In this document: positions 29,361-38,088 of the stretch, one piece after another
Layout of the letters: the number at the start of each line of letters is the position of its first letter
How positions within the stretch are numbered: the first letter of the stretch is position 1
DNA from: Deltaproteobacteria bacterium
Lineage (GTDB): Bacteria; SAR324; NAC60-12
DNA: 57,354 nucleotides
Assembly: GCA_002683785.1 (NCBI GenBank)
Contig: NYUB01000029.1
Coordinates: 1-57,354, forward strand
Reading direction: 5' to 3'
Position numbers and translations under genes: made by a program
The notes under the pieces: model-generated
The model's database searches: none
The model's input: the letters and a program-made list of their open reading frames with translations, nothing else
Told to the model about the DNA's origin: nothing

Positions 29361-30287
29361 ATGAGTATTAAACGTCAGGAAAAACTGGATCAGGTCTTGA
29401 ACCAGTTGCTTAAGTCATACCGGGAGCATTCGGAAATCGAACTCATCGGCTCAGTTGAACTACCTGCCAAAGACAGCATCATCAGACTGGTCGATGACAT
29501 CCTGGTGGTGCTTTACCCAGGACTTATCCGTCAGGAATCTTTTGATCATCTGAACCTACCCTATTTGGCAGGTCAAAAACTGGTTTCCATCCTTGAGCGT
29601 CTTGAACTCTATACGGAGCAGGTGCTGTGCTGGAAATATTCACAGGAAGGTGACAACTGTCACGATAACCAGCAGTTTGGTGAACAGATTGAACAAATCA
29701 CTTTTTCCTTTTTGGAATATCTGCCTTCGTTACGTGAAACTCTTGCCCTGGATGTGGAGGCAATTCTAAGAGGGGATCCTGCCGCTGTCAGCAAACGGGA
29801 AATCGTTTTGGCATACCCAGGACTGATTGCTGTAAGTGTTTACCGGATTGCGAATTTTTTGCATAAAAAGAACGTTCCCCTGATTCCGAGAATCATGACC
29901 GAATACATTCATTCCAGGACAGGAATCGATATTCATCCTGGAGCAGAAATCGGGAGGGGGTTGATGATTGATCATGGTACCGGGGTGGTGATTGGTGAAA
30001 CAGCAGTGATTGGTAATGATACCCGAATCTACCAGGGAGTCACTCTGGGAGCTTTGAGTCCGTTGAAGTCGATGGCGGATCCTGAACTGAAACGGCACCC
30101 GACGATCGAAGAAAATGTGATCATCTATTCAGGAGCTACTATCCTTGGTAACATTAGCATTGGTGCCGGCTCCATCATCGGCGGAAATGTTTGGCTGGTT
30201 CATGATGTGCCGCCTGGAAGCCGGGTTTATTTAGAGGATGCACCAGAAAAACAGGAAATCCGTTCGGGGGGCGGGGCTCGTAACTGA
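29361..30287 (+). CDS. cysE: serine O-acetyltransferase (long form)
   Basis: N-terminal SAT helical domain plus left-handed beta-helix hexapeptide repeats (GAEIGRGLMIDHGTGVVIGETAVIGNDTRIYQGVTLG). Confidence 0.85.
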   Translation: MSIKRQEKLDQVLNQLLKSYREHSEIELIGSVELPAKDSIIRLVDDILVVLYPGLIRQESFDHLNLPYLAGQKLVSILERLELYTEQVLCWKYSQEGDNCHDNQQFGEQIEQITFSFLEYLPSLRETLALDVEAILRGDPAAVSKREIVLAYPGLIAVSVYRIANFLHKKNVPLIPRIMTEYIHSRTGIDIHPGAEIGRGLMIDHGTGVVIGETAVIGNDTRIYQGVTLGALSPLKSMADPELKRHPTIEENVIIYSGATILGNISIGAGSIIGGNVWLVHDVPPGSRVYLEDAPEKQEIRSGGGARN

Positions 30288-30407
30288 AAAGGCACATCCG
30301 TATCATGTAAGGCTGTTATCAAATACCCCGGCAAGAGGAACAAATTTAATTTGATAAAGCTTGATCGAGAAGTAAGTGTCAGCAAGCCAATCGGGAGAAA
30401 AAATGGG

Positions 30408-30435
30408 TTGACTTGAACCGGGTATTGGCTAGAGT
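30408..30435 (+). promoter_or_regulatory. candidate sigma70-type promoter for clpS-clpA
   Basis: TTGACT (30408-30413), 16-nt spacer, TAGAGT (30430-30435), about 80 nt upstream of the clpS ATG. Confidence 0.3.
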
Positions 30436-30516
30436 TTCGCATGTTTTTACAGCTCAGGTCTTTGAACCAGGTTCAGCACACAGATTCTAACTGTTTCGCG
30501 TCGAAATAATCCTGAA

Positions 30517-30825
30517 ATGAGTGAGACAGATACTCACGACCAGGTCGTTACCAAGACCCGTAAAAAGCTGAAACCTCCGACCGGATACAAGGTTTTACTT
30601 CACAACGACAATTATACAACCATGGAATTTGTCGTTTATGTTTTAGAAACGATTTTCAATAAAAGCCCTTCGGATGCCATGCGCATTATGCTTCATGTTC
30701 ACAAAAACGGAGTTGGAGTCTGTGGAGTCTTTACCCATGAAGTCGCAGAAACCAAAGTTGCCGCTGTCCATGATTTGGCAAGTCAGTATGAATATCCGTT
30801 GAAAGCATCCATGGAAGAAGCCTAA
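30517..30825 (+). CDS. clpS: ATP-dependent Clp protease adaptor ClpS
   Basis: 102 aa. YKVLLHNDNYTTMEFVVYVLETIF is the ClpS core. Directly upstream of clpA. Confidence 0.9.
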   Translation: MSETDTHDQVVTKTRKKLKPPTGYKVLLHNDNYTTMEFVVYVLETIFNKSPSDAMRIMLHVHKNGVGVCGVFTHEVAETKVAAVHDLASQYEYPLKASMEEA

Positions 30826-30833
30826 GGAACCTG

Positions 30834-33074
30834 ATGTTTACCCGTGATCTAGAAATGTGCTTGATGGCGGCACAAAGTGAAGCCAAGGACCGGCACCATG
30901 AATATCTTTGTGTAGAACACATTCTGTATGCCCTGCTGCATCATGATACCGGAATCCGGATCATCAAGAGTTGTGGAGGTAACGTAGATCGTATCAAACA
31001 GGATCTTGAGGAGTTCTTTTCACAGCAGGAAACGGTTGGTGAGGACAATTCCCCCCAGCAAACCAGGGCGGTCCAAAGGGTCCTCCACTTGGCCATCATG
31101 CATGTCAACAGCTCGGGAAAAGCATCCGCGGATGTGGGAGATATTCTGGTTGCCATCCACCGTGAATCTCAATCCTATGCTTCATACTTTCTGCAAAAAG
31201 AGGGAATCACACGACTGGATCTGCTGAATTTCATTTCCCATGGCATCGCCAAGGTGGCAGTTGAAGAAGAGGAAGACGAAAATCTGAACTATGAAAACGG
31301 GGATGAAGACGAATCACGTCAGAATAGAACAGAAAACGATCCCCTCAAACTCTACACCAACAATCTCAGCAAACAAGCAGAAGAAAACCGGCTGGATCCT
31401 TTGATTGGCAGGGAAAACGAATTGCAGCGTACCATCCAAATTTTATGTCGACGCCGCAAGAATAATCCCATCTATGTGGGTGACCCTGGAGTGGGGAAGA
31501 CTGCAATAGCTGAAGGCCTTGCCCTAATGATTCAAGGAGGAAAAATTCCAGACCTGCTTGAAGGAGCGGAAATCTTCTCTCTTGATATTGGTGCCCTGCT
31601 CGCAGGAACTAAATTCCGCGGAGATTTTGAGCAGCGGATTAAGGCCGTCTTGAAAGCACTTTTACAGAAATCACGTTCCATCCTCTTCATTGATGAAATT
31701 CACACGATCATTGGAGCAGGAGCGACCAGTGGAGGTTCGATGGACGTCTCCAACCTTCTCAAACCGGCGCTTGCAAAGGGTGACATCCGTTGTATTGGAT
31801 CGACGACCTATGATGAATACAAGAAGGTTTTCGAAAAGGACCGTGCCCTTTCACGCAGATTCCAGAAAATCGATATCACGGAACCTTCTGTTCCGGACAC
31901 CATTCAAATCCTGAATGGACTGAAACCCCGTTATGAAAAGCATCACCACCTTCGCTATACACGCTCAGCGCTGGTTAGTGCTGCAGAACTATCTGCGAAG
32001 TACGTCAATGATCGTTATCTTCCGGACAAAGCGATCGACATCATCGATGAGGCAGGTTCCCTGGTCCGTCTCAAGCAGGGGTCGAAACGAAAGACTGTCA
32101 ATCCCCAGGACATTGAGAAAGTCGTTGCCAGCATCACCAGGATTCCAATCGAAAAGATGACTTCCAGTGACAAGGAACAGCTGAAAGATTTGGAGAAACA
32201 ACTGAAACTTCAGGTATTTGGCCAGGATGATGCGATTCGGATTCTAACCCAGGCGATCAAGCGTTCTCGTGCTGGATTGAGGGGTGCTGAACAGCCGATC
32301 GGTTCATTCCTTTTCACCGGACCAACCGGAGTGGGAAAGACAGAACTCGCGAAGCAACTGGCTTTTATCATGGGAGTTCACTTTCAGCGTTTCGATATGA
32401 GTGAATACATGGAGAAGCACACTGTTTCAAGATTGATCGGTGCTCCTCCAGGATATGTTGGATTCGATCAAGGCGGTCTACTTACCGATGCCGTAAGAAA
32501 AAATCCTCATTGTGTCGTCCTTCTGGATGAGATTGAAAAAGCACATCCTGACATCTTCAATATCCTGCTCCAAGTCATGGATCATGCAACCTTGACCGAC
32601 AACAATGGACGAGAAGCAGATTTCCGAAATGTGGTTCTGATCATGACTTCCAACGTTGGTGCAAAGGACATGTCATCTTCGGTGATTGGTTTTGGAAGTG
32701 GGATGCCGAAATCTCCCTCAAAACAGGCTCTTGAGAAAACCTTTAGCCCTGAATTCCGTAACCGTCTCGATAACATTGTTCCATTTGCTGGGCTTCCTGA
32801 AAAAGTGGTGCTGATGGTGGTCGACAAACTATTGGTTGGACTCGAAGTCAAATTGCAGCCTCAAAAAGTCGTCGTATCCGTTTCTGATCCTGCCAGAAAC
32901 TGGCTTGCCAAAAAGGGATACGATCCTATGTTTGGAGCACGTCCCATGGCCCGGACCATCCAGCAGGAAATTGAAACGGTGCTGGCGGATGAAGTCCTGT
33001 TTGGAAAACTTCAACAAGGAGGGCAGGTCAACATCAGTCTCAAAAACAATAAACTGCACTTCAAGTACGTTTAA
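30834..33074 (+). CDS. clpA: ATP-dependent Clp protease ATP-binding subunit ClpA
   Basis: 746 aa. Clp N-domain and two AAA+ modules (GDPGVGKTAIAEG and GPTGVGKTELAKQ). Confidence 0.92.
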   Translation: MFTRDLEMCLMAAQSEAKDRHHEYLCVEHILYALLHHDTGIRIIKSCGGNVDRIKQDLEEFFSQQETVGEDNSPQQTRAVQRVLHLAIMHVNSSGKASADVGDILVAIHRESQSYASYFLQKEGITRLDLLNFISHGIAKVAVEEEEDENLNYENGDEDESRQNRTENDPLKLYTNNLSKQAEENRLDPLIGRENELQRTIQILCRRRKNNPIYVGDPGVGKTAIAEGLALMIQGGKIPDLLEGAEIFSLDIGALLAGTKFRGDFEQRIKAVLKALLQKSRSILFIDEIHTIIGAGATSGGSMDVSNLLKPALAKGDIRCIGSTTYDEYKKVFEKDRALSRRFQKIDITEPSVPDTIQILNGLKPRYEKHHHLRYTRSALVSAAELSAKYVNDRYLPDKAIDIIDEAGSLVRLKQGSKRKTVNPQDIEKVVASITRIPIEKMTSSDKEQLKDLEKQLKLQVFGQDDAIRILTQAIKRSRAGLRGAEQPIGSFLFTGPTGVGKTELAKQLAFIMGVHFQRFDMSEYMEKHTVSRLIGAPPGYVGFDQGGLLTDAVRKNPHCVVLLDEIEKAHPDIFNILLQVMDHATLTDNNGREADFRNVVLIMTSNVGAKDMSSSVIGFGSGMPKSPSKQALEKTFSPEFRNRLDNIVPFAGLPEKVVLMVVDKLLVGLEVKLQPQKVVVSVSDPARNWLAKKGYDPMFGARPMARTIQQEIETVLADEVLFGKLQQGGQVNISLKNNKLHFKYV

Positions 33075-33164
33075 CATCCTTCCTGGAAATTCGGTTCACT
33101 CTAGATGATGGTGTATCTAGATCGAATTTTCAGACCCTAGATCCTCCAAGACAGCCTTTGTTCA

Positions 33165-33923
33165 ATGCCTTATTTCCTCTATGAAGGTCGATTGGCCTGT
33201 GGTGAAAAAGCAGAATTAAAGGGTTCGGAGGCTGACCATGCTTCCAAATCAAGGCGATTGCGCATCGGAGAGTTGTTTGAAGTGCAGGATCATCAGCCTC
33301 AAAGATTTGAGGCGAAGGTTCTGGCAAAATCACGCAACCGTTTGAGCTTCATTGTTAAAAAATTGTTGAAACCTCCTCCTGAATCATGTCTCCAGCTTGA
33401 ATTGTGGCAGGCTCTTCCTCGAGAAAAAGCGCTGGAATTCATCCTCCAGAAAGGCACGGAACTGGGTGTATCAGGATTTGTGCTTTTTCCTGGACGCTAT
33501 TCCCAGGGGATGCGCCATCAGCCGAAGCAGGAAGAGTCGCTCCAGCGCTGGCAGCGTATTTGCCGGGAGGCATGTAAGCAGAGTGGACGTTTTTTGTTTC
33601 CAGAGCTGAAAGGTTACAATTCGCTGGATGAGGCTTTCGAAAACAATCCACTTCAGGGAGTTGGCTGGATACTTTGCAGCAAGGAGGACAACACCAGGAC
33701 TATTTCCGAGCACGAATTTCCCTTGAGAGGGATACAGCATCAACTGCTGATAGGTCCTGAAGGGGGGTGGCATCAAGATGAAATCAATACTGCGGAAAAT
33801 ATGGGATGGAAACGTGTCGGTCTTGGTCCACGTATCATGCGTAGTGAAACCGCGGCCCTCAGTGCACTCAGTATCCTTCAGTACCTCTATGGGGACATGG
33901 GTCGACATTCCCAGAAATCTTAG
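33165..33923 (+). CDS. rsmE: 16S rRNA (uracil1498-N3)-methyltransferase
   Basis: 252 aa. PUA-like N-terminus and SPOUT C-terminus with LLIGPEGGW and ETAALSALS. Confidence 0.85.
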   Translation: MPYFLYEGRLACGEKAELKGSEADHASKSRRLRIGELFEVQDHQPQRFEAKVLAKSRNRLSFIVKKLLKPPPESCLQLELWQALPREKALEFILQKGTELGVSGFVLFPGRYSQGMRHQPKQEESLQRWQRICREACKQSGRFLFPELKGYNSLDEAFENNPLQGVGWILCSKEDNTRTISEHEFPLRGIQHQLLIGPEGGWHQDEINTAENMGWKRVGLGPRIMRSETAALSALSILQYLYGDMGRHSQKS

Positions 33924-34032
33924 CCAGGACCTGAAACAGAGAAATGAAAACCCTTCTTGTTCCCAGAGACACCAAATCCCTCTTAGGGCTGTCACAAATC
34001 TTCAATTCATGAGAAGATTCAAAAACCTTAAA

Positions 34033-34656
34033 ATGGAGTCCATCATGTACCGTCATTTAATCTTTTTTATGCTGCTCTTTCTTGCCCTTCCACTGAATGC
34101 GGCAGAGAGCATCCGCGGGCATTATGCCGTGGTAGGAAAAGTTCCAAAACCTCATACCCAGGAGAAGGTTGTTTTTGAGGAATTCCTGAACTTCGGCTGT
34201 CCTCATTGCAACAACTTGAGGGAGGCATCACTCGAGTTTCGCAAGCAGCAGAAGGATCGGGTGGAATTTAGGGACATTCCTATCGTCTTTCGGGGTCAGG
34301 ATGATGCACCCCTGCGTCTGTATTATGTGGCTCGAAAGATTGGTAAAGGCGAAATGATCAAAGAAGAACTTTTCAAGGCTAGATTCACCCATGGTGTGGA
34401 TGTTTTTGATAAAGGAATCGTCAACTACCTTGCCCGTTCACTTGGATTGTCCGAAGCCTTCCAGAAAGAACAAAATGCACCTTGGGTCAATCAACTGCTG
34501 GCTGAGGGTGAACTCAAGGCCCAGCAATATGGACTCACCGGCACCCCCACCGTAGTCATTCAATACAGTCTCAAAATGGATATCGGGCGATATGGAGGAA
34601 TGGATAAGTTTGCTGAAAAACTTCCGGAAACGATTGATGATCTTCTGAAGAATTGA
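34033..34656 (+). CDS. DsbA-family thiol:disulfide oxidoreductase (periplasmic)
   Basis: Signal peptide MYRHLIFFMLLFLALPLNA. Active site FGCPHCN. The track ORF begins at 33778 inside rsmE. Plausible starts are 34009, 34033 and 34045. Confidence 0.75.
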   Translation: MESIMYRHLIFFMLLFLALPLNAAESIRGHYAVVGKVPKPHTQEKVVFEEFLNFGCPHCNNLREASLEFRKQQKDRVEFRDIPIVFRGQDDAPLRLYYVARKIGKGEMIKEELFKARFTHGVDVFDKGIVNYLARSLGLSEAFQKEQNAPWVNQLLAEGELKAQQYGLTGTPTVVIQYSLKMDIGRYGGMDKFAEKLPETIDDLLKN

Positions 34657-34678
34657 ATTGCTATAGCTTGAATCTAAG

Positions 34679-36562
34679 TTGTCTGAAGAACCTGAAGAAA
34701 AGGATTCCCCGCTTACTTCTAAACTGAAGCACCTACCCGAACGTCCAGGGGTTTATCTCTTCAAGAACACTCGTGGAGATGTGCTTTATGTCGGCAAGGC
34801 AAAGTCCCTCCGCAGTCGGGTTCGTTCCTATTTCCACAGTTCCGCCTCCCATAACATCCGCATCCAGGTCATGGTTTCGCTGGCCTGTGATGTTTCTCTG
34901 ATCATCACCGATACCGAAGCAGAAGCCCTCATCCTCGAGGAGCAGCTGATCAAGACCCACCTGCCCCGTTACAATGTTAATCTGAAAGATGACAAATCCT
35001 ATCCCTATTGCAAACTGACTCTGAGTGAGATGTATCCGAGGCTTTTTCTGGTTCGTGAGAAGCATGATCCCAAAGCCGAGTACTATGGCCCGTTTCCTTC
35101 GGTCAAAGAAGCAAGACAGGTGTTGAGAATGGTTTACCGTTATTTTCAGCTTCGTACTTCTAAGATGGATCTCAAGGGACAGAAGACCTACCGGCCTTGT
35201 CTCAATTTTCAACTCAAACGATGCCTTGGACCCTGCAGAGGAACGGTTCCTGTAGAAGATTATGATGAATCCGTTCAACAGGTGCGCCTCTTCATGCGGG
35301 GCAGGCATCATGAACTGCTGGAACAGATCAAAAGCCGGATGAAGGATGCTTCGACAAAACTCGAATTTGAAAAAGCGGCGATGTTGCGGGATCAGGCCCG
35401 TGCTCTGGGAAGGATTTTCGAAAAACAAACGGTGCTGGATGCAAAGGGTAACGATCAGGACGTTTTCAACCTTTTCCGTGAGTCCAACAGCGCGGGCATT
35501 CAGGTTCTGTTCATCCGTAACGGCAGGCTGCTTGGAACGGATTTTTTCTTCTATGAAGAGTGTGAGCAGGTTACCGACGACAATCTTCTTGGCCAGGTGC
35601 TGAACCGCATTTACATGAACGATAAAGCCGTGATGCCCCGCGAAATCCTGCTTCCCTTCGAATACTCGGATCAGCAGGAATTGGAAAAGGTGCTGAATGA
35701 AAAATCAGAACGGAAGGTTACCGTTCAACGGCCTCAACGTGGTCGAAAAAAGGAACTGGTCCAGATGGCCTTTAATAACGCCAAAATGAACCTAGGAGAG
35801 CAGCGGGCGCGTACCTTACGTGACGATGAGGTACTGCGTAGGGTGCAGGGTGCTCTGCACCTGAAGCATCTTCCTTTGACTGTTGAAGCCTTCGATATCT
35901 CACACCTCTCCGGCAATCAGACGGTGGCCTCAATGGTCAGTTGGAAACGGAATCATGCGTCCAGACAAGATTACCGAAAATATCGCATCCAGAGCATCGA
36001 GGGGCCGGATGATTTTGCCTCGATGAAAGAAGTTCTTACCCGACGTTACAAAAGAACTTTGAGCGGGGAGATGCCCCTTCCCAATCTCATTCTCATTGAT
36101 GGTGGAAAAGGCCAGGTGAATGTAGCCCACCAGGTGCTCCAGGATCTAGGTATTCCACTTGAAAGGATTGATCTCATTGGTTTGGCCAAAGGGCGTTCTG
36201 AGCGTCGTCGGGTTGGTGGAGGATCACGGCTAAAGGATTTCGAATACATCGTCAAACCCAATATGAAAAATGAAATTCGTCCCCACCGAAACTCCCCAGA
36301 ACTCTATTTCCTTCAAAACATCCGTGATGAATCCCATCGTTTTGCCATCCAGTTCCAAAGGCTACTGAAACGGAGTGAAAACCTGCATTCTGTTCTTGAA
36401 GACATCCCCGGGGTTGGACGTGAACGAAGGCGTCTCTTGCTGCGTCAGTTCGGCAGCCTGACCTCCCTCAAAAAAGCCCAGATCGAAGAACTGCTCGGCG
36501 TTCCAGGCATCTCCCGTAAACTCGCAGGTGAAATCCATTCTTTCTTTTCAACAAATAATTAA
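34679..36562 (+). CDS. uvrC: excinuclease ABC subunit C
   Basis: GIY-YIG N-terminus (PGVYLFKN...VLYVGKAKSLRSRVRSYF), UVR domain, C-terminal RNase-H-like and HhH regions. Apparent TTG start. Confidence 0.92.
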   Translation: MSEEPEEKDSPLTSKLKHLPERPGVYLFKNTRGDVLYVGKAKSLRSRVRSYFHSSASHNIRIQVMVSLACDVSLIITDTEAEALILEEQLIKTHLPRYNVNLKDDKSYPYCKLTLSEMYPRLFLVREKHDPKAEYYGPFPSVKEARQVLRMVYRYFQLRTSKMDLKGQKTYRPCLNFQLKRCLGPCRGTVPVEDYDESVQQVRLFMRGRHHELLEQIKSRMKDASTKLEFEKAAMLRDQARALGRIFEKQTVLDAKGNDQDVFNLFRESNSAGIQVLFIRNGRLLGTDFFFYEECEQVTDDNLLGQVLNRIYMNDKAVMPREILLPFEYSDQQELEKVLNEKSERKVTVQRPQRGRKKELVQMAFNNAKMNLGEQRARTLRDDEVLRRVQGALHLKHLPLTVEAFDISHLSGNQTVASMVSWKRNHASRQDYRKYRIQSIEGPDDFASMKEVLTRRYKRTLSGEMPLPNLILIDGGKGQVNVAHQVLQDLGIPLERIDLIGLAKGRSERRRVGGGSRLKDFEYIVKPNMKNEIRPHRNSPELYFLQNIRDESHRFAIQFQRLLKRSENLHSVLEDIPGVGRERRRLLLRQFGSLTSLKKAQIEELLGVPGISRKLAGEIHSFFSTNN

Positions 36563-36719
36563 CTTTAGAATAAACCCTTTCTGGTTTTCTTTCCAAAGGC
36601 GTTCAGACCCGATTTACATTTCAAATAAAAAATTTGAACTCACCTTTCTGCTCGATTATGATCTACCTCTTTGATATGAAAGAGTTTCTTATTTATTCGT
36701 TGAACCAAACGATTTTGAA

Positions 36720-38024
36720 ATGAAGCTACTCAAGAATCTGAACCTTCTCCGTCCCTGCTCGGAAAAACCTTACCTCGAAAACGCCTACGTTGTTATTGAG
36801 GGTGAAACATTCAGGGGTATCAGTACTTCTGAACCTGAAGGGGAATTCAAGGAGATAATGGACTGTGGAGGCAAATTTGCGCTTCCAGGACTGATCAACG
36901 GACATCACCACCTCTATTCTGCCCTGGCGGTTGGCATGCCTCCTCCTGCCAGGATTCCCCTTAATTTCACCCAAATCCTGGAAGAAGTCTGGTGGAAGCT
37001 AGATTTGGCTTTAGACCGCGATGCAACCCTTACCTCATTTGAGTCGGGATTGATTGACAGCCTTAAGGCCGGGACTACCACTGTCATCGATCACCACTGT
37101 AGTCCCTCCTTCATTGAAGGCTCACTGAGCCTGCTGGGAGAAACCGGAAAGCGCCTTGGAATTGCCACGGGACTGGCCTTTGAGGTGACTGACCGAAACG
37201 GAGCGGAACTTTTTGAAAAAAGCCTCCAGGAAAATCTGGATGCCGCCGAAAAGCATGCAGAAGATCCTGAACTGGCTGCCCTGCTTGGTCTGCATGCCTC
37301 CTTCACCCTGAGTGAGGAATCATTGAAAAAGGTCGCGGAGGTACTGTCCCGAAAAGTAGGTTGGGGGATCCACACCCACCTCTCGGAAGACCGTGCGGAT
37401 GAAGAGGATGCCAGGGAACGCGGTTACGGATCGGTGGTGGAACGTCTCGATCATTATGGTTTGATCAATTCAAACGCCATGCTGATCCACGGGGTTCACT
37501 GTCTCGAAAGTGACGCCGAACGGATGCTGAAGCATGGAGCCTATCTCGTCCACAATCCCACCTCCAATGCCAACAACCGCATTGGTATGCTTCCAGCTAT
37601 TGCAGCAGAATGTCTCAAACCTGGGCTCGGAACAGACGGGATGCAGTCGAACATGATCCGTGAAGCAAAAGAAGGTATGCTCATCCGAAGTTCTCATCTG
37701 GGAGGGGGTGATACCGGAGTCGATTACCAGGCACTGCTCTTTGATCACAATCCAAGGGTTGCCACAGCAGTCTTTGGCAGCAATATTGGTCGGGTGGAAC
37801 CTGGTTTCAGGGCAGATCTCGCCATTTATGATTACCATCCCCGTACTGAAGTCCATGAAGGAAACGTATTTGGTCATGTCTTTTTCGGACTTGATGCTCC
37901 CTGTGACGTGATGAGCGGAGGTAGAATGCGTGTTCAGGACCATCGTGTTCTGGGAATAGACGAGAACGCAGCGAAGCAGGAGGCGGCTGATCAATCGCTC
38001 AGGCTGTGGAAGAGGATGCAGTGA
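36720..38024 (+). CDS. SsnA-like metal-dependent amidohydrolase (chlorohydrolase / aminohydrolase superfamily)
   Basis: 434 aa. HxH metal motif GLINGHHHLYS, later HTHLSED and GTDG motifs. The gene context matches E. coli ssnA. Confidence 0.7.
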   Translation: MKLLKNLNLLRPCSEKPYLENAYVVIEGETFRGISTSEPEGEFKEIMDCGGKFALPGLINGHHHLYSALAVGMPPPARIPLNFTQILEEVWWKLDLALDRDATLTSFESGLIDSLKAGTTTVIDHHCSPSFIEGSLSLLGETGKRLGIATGLAFEVTDRNGAELFEKSLQENLDAAEKHAEDPELAALLGLHASFTLSEESLKKVAEVLSRKVGWGIHTHLSEDRADEEDARERGYGSVVERLDHYGLINSNAMLIHGVHCLESDAERMLKHGAYLVHNPTSNANNRIGMLPAIAAECLKPGLGTDGMQSNMIREAKEGMLIRSSHLGGGDTGVDYQALLFDHNPRVATAVFGSNIGRVEPGFRADLAIYDYHPRTEVHEGNVFGHVFFGLDAPCDVMSGGRMRVQDHRVLGIDENAAKQEAADQSLRLWKRMQ

Positions 38025-38088
38025 TACCTCAAATTCAAACGCATTAATCCATGAAGACTGCTTATTACACTATGATGTTAAGGATGTT

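Noticed and set aside
30441-30480. CAGCTCAGGTC... stretch upstream of clpS, which superficially resembles the SRP (4.5S) RNA conserved helix.
   Set aside because: The characteristic GGAAGGAAGCAGCC segment and a complementary closing helix are absent. It is more likely part of the clpS 5' UTR.
33778-34032. Long N-terminal extension of the second DsbA-like ORF, overlapping rsmE.
   Set aside because: The extension overlaps the rsmE coding end. A clean signal peptide begins after the internal Met codons at 34033 and 34045, so the shorter start is preferred.
34733-35428. 231-aa ORF antisense to uvrC. The same applies to 37470-37994 antisense to the ssnA-like gene and 33471-33995 across the rsmE 3' end.
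   Set aside because: They lie opposite well-supported conserved genes, have no motifs and no ribosome-binding sites. They are shadow ORFs.
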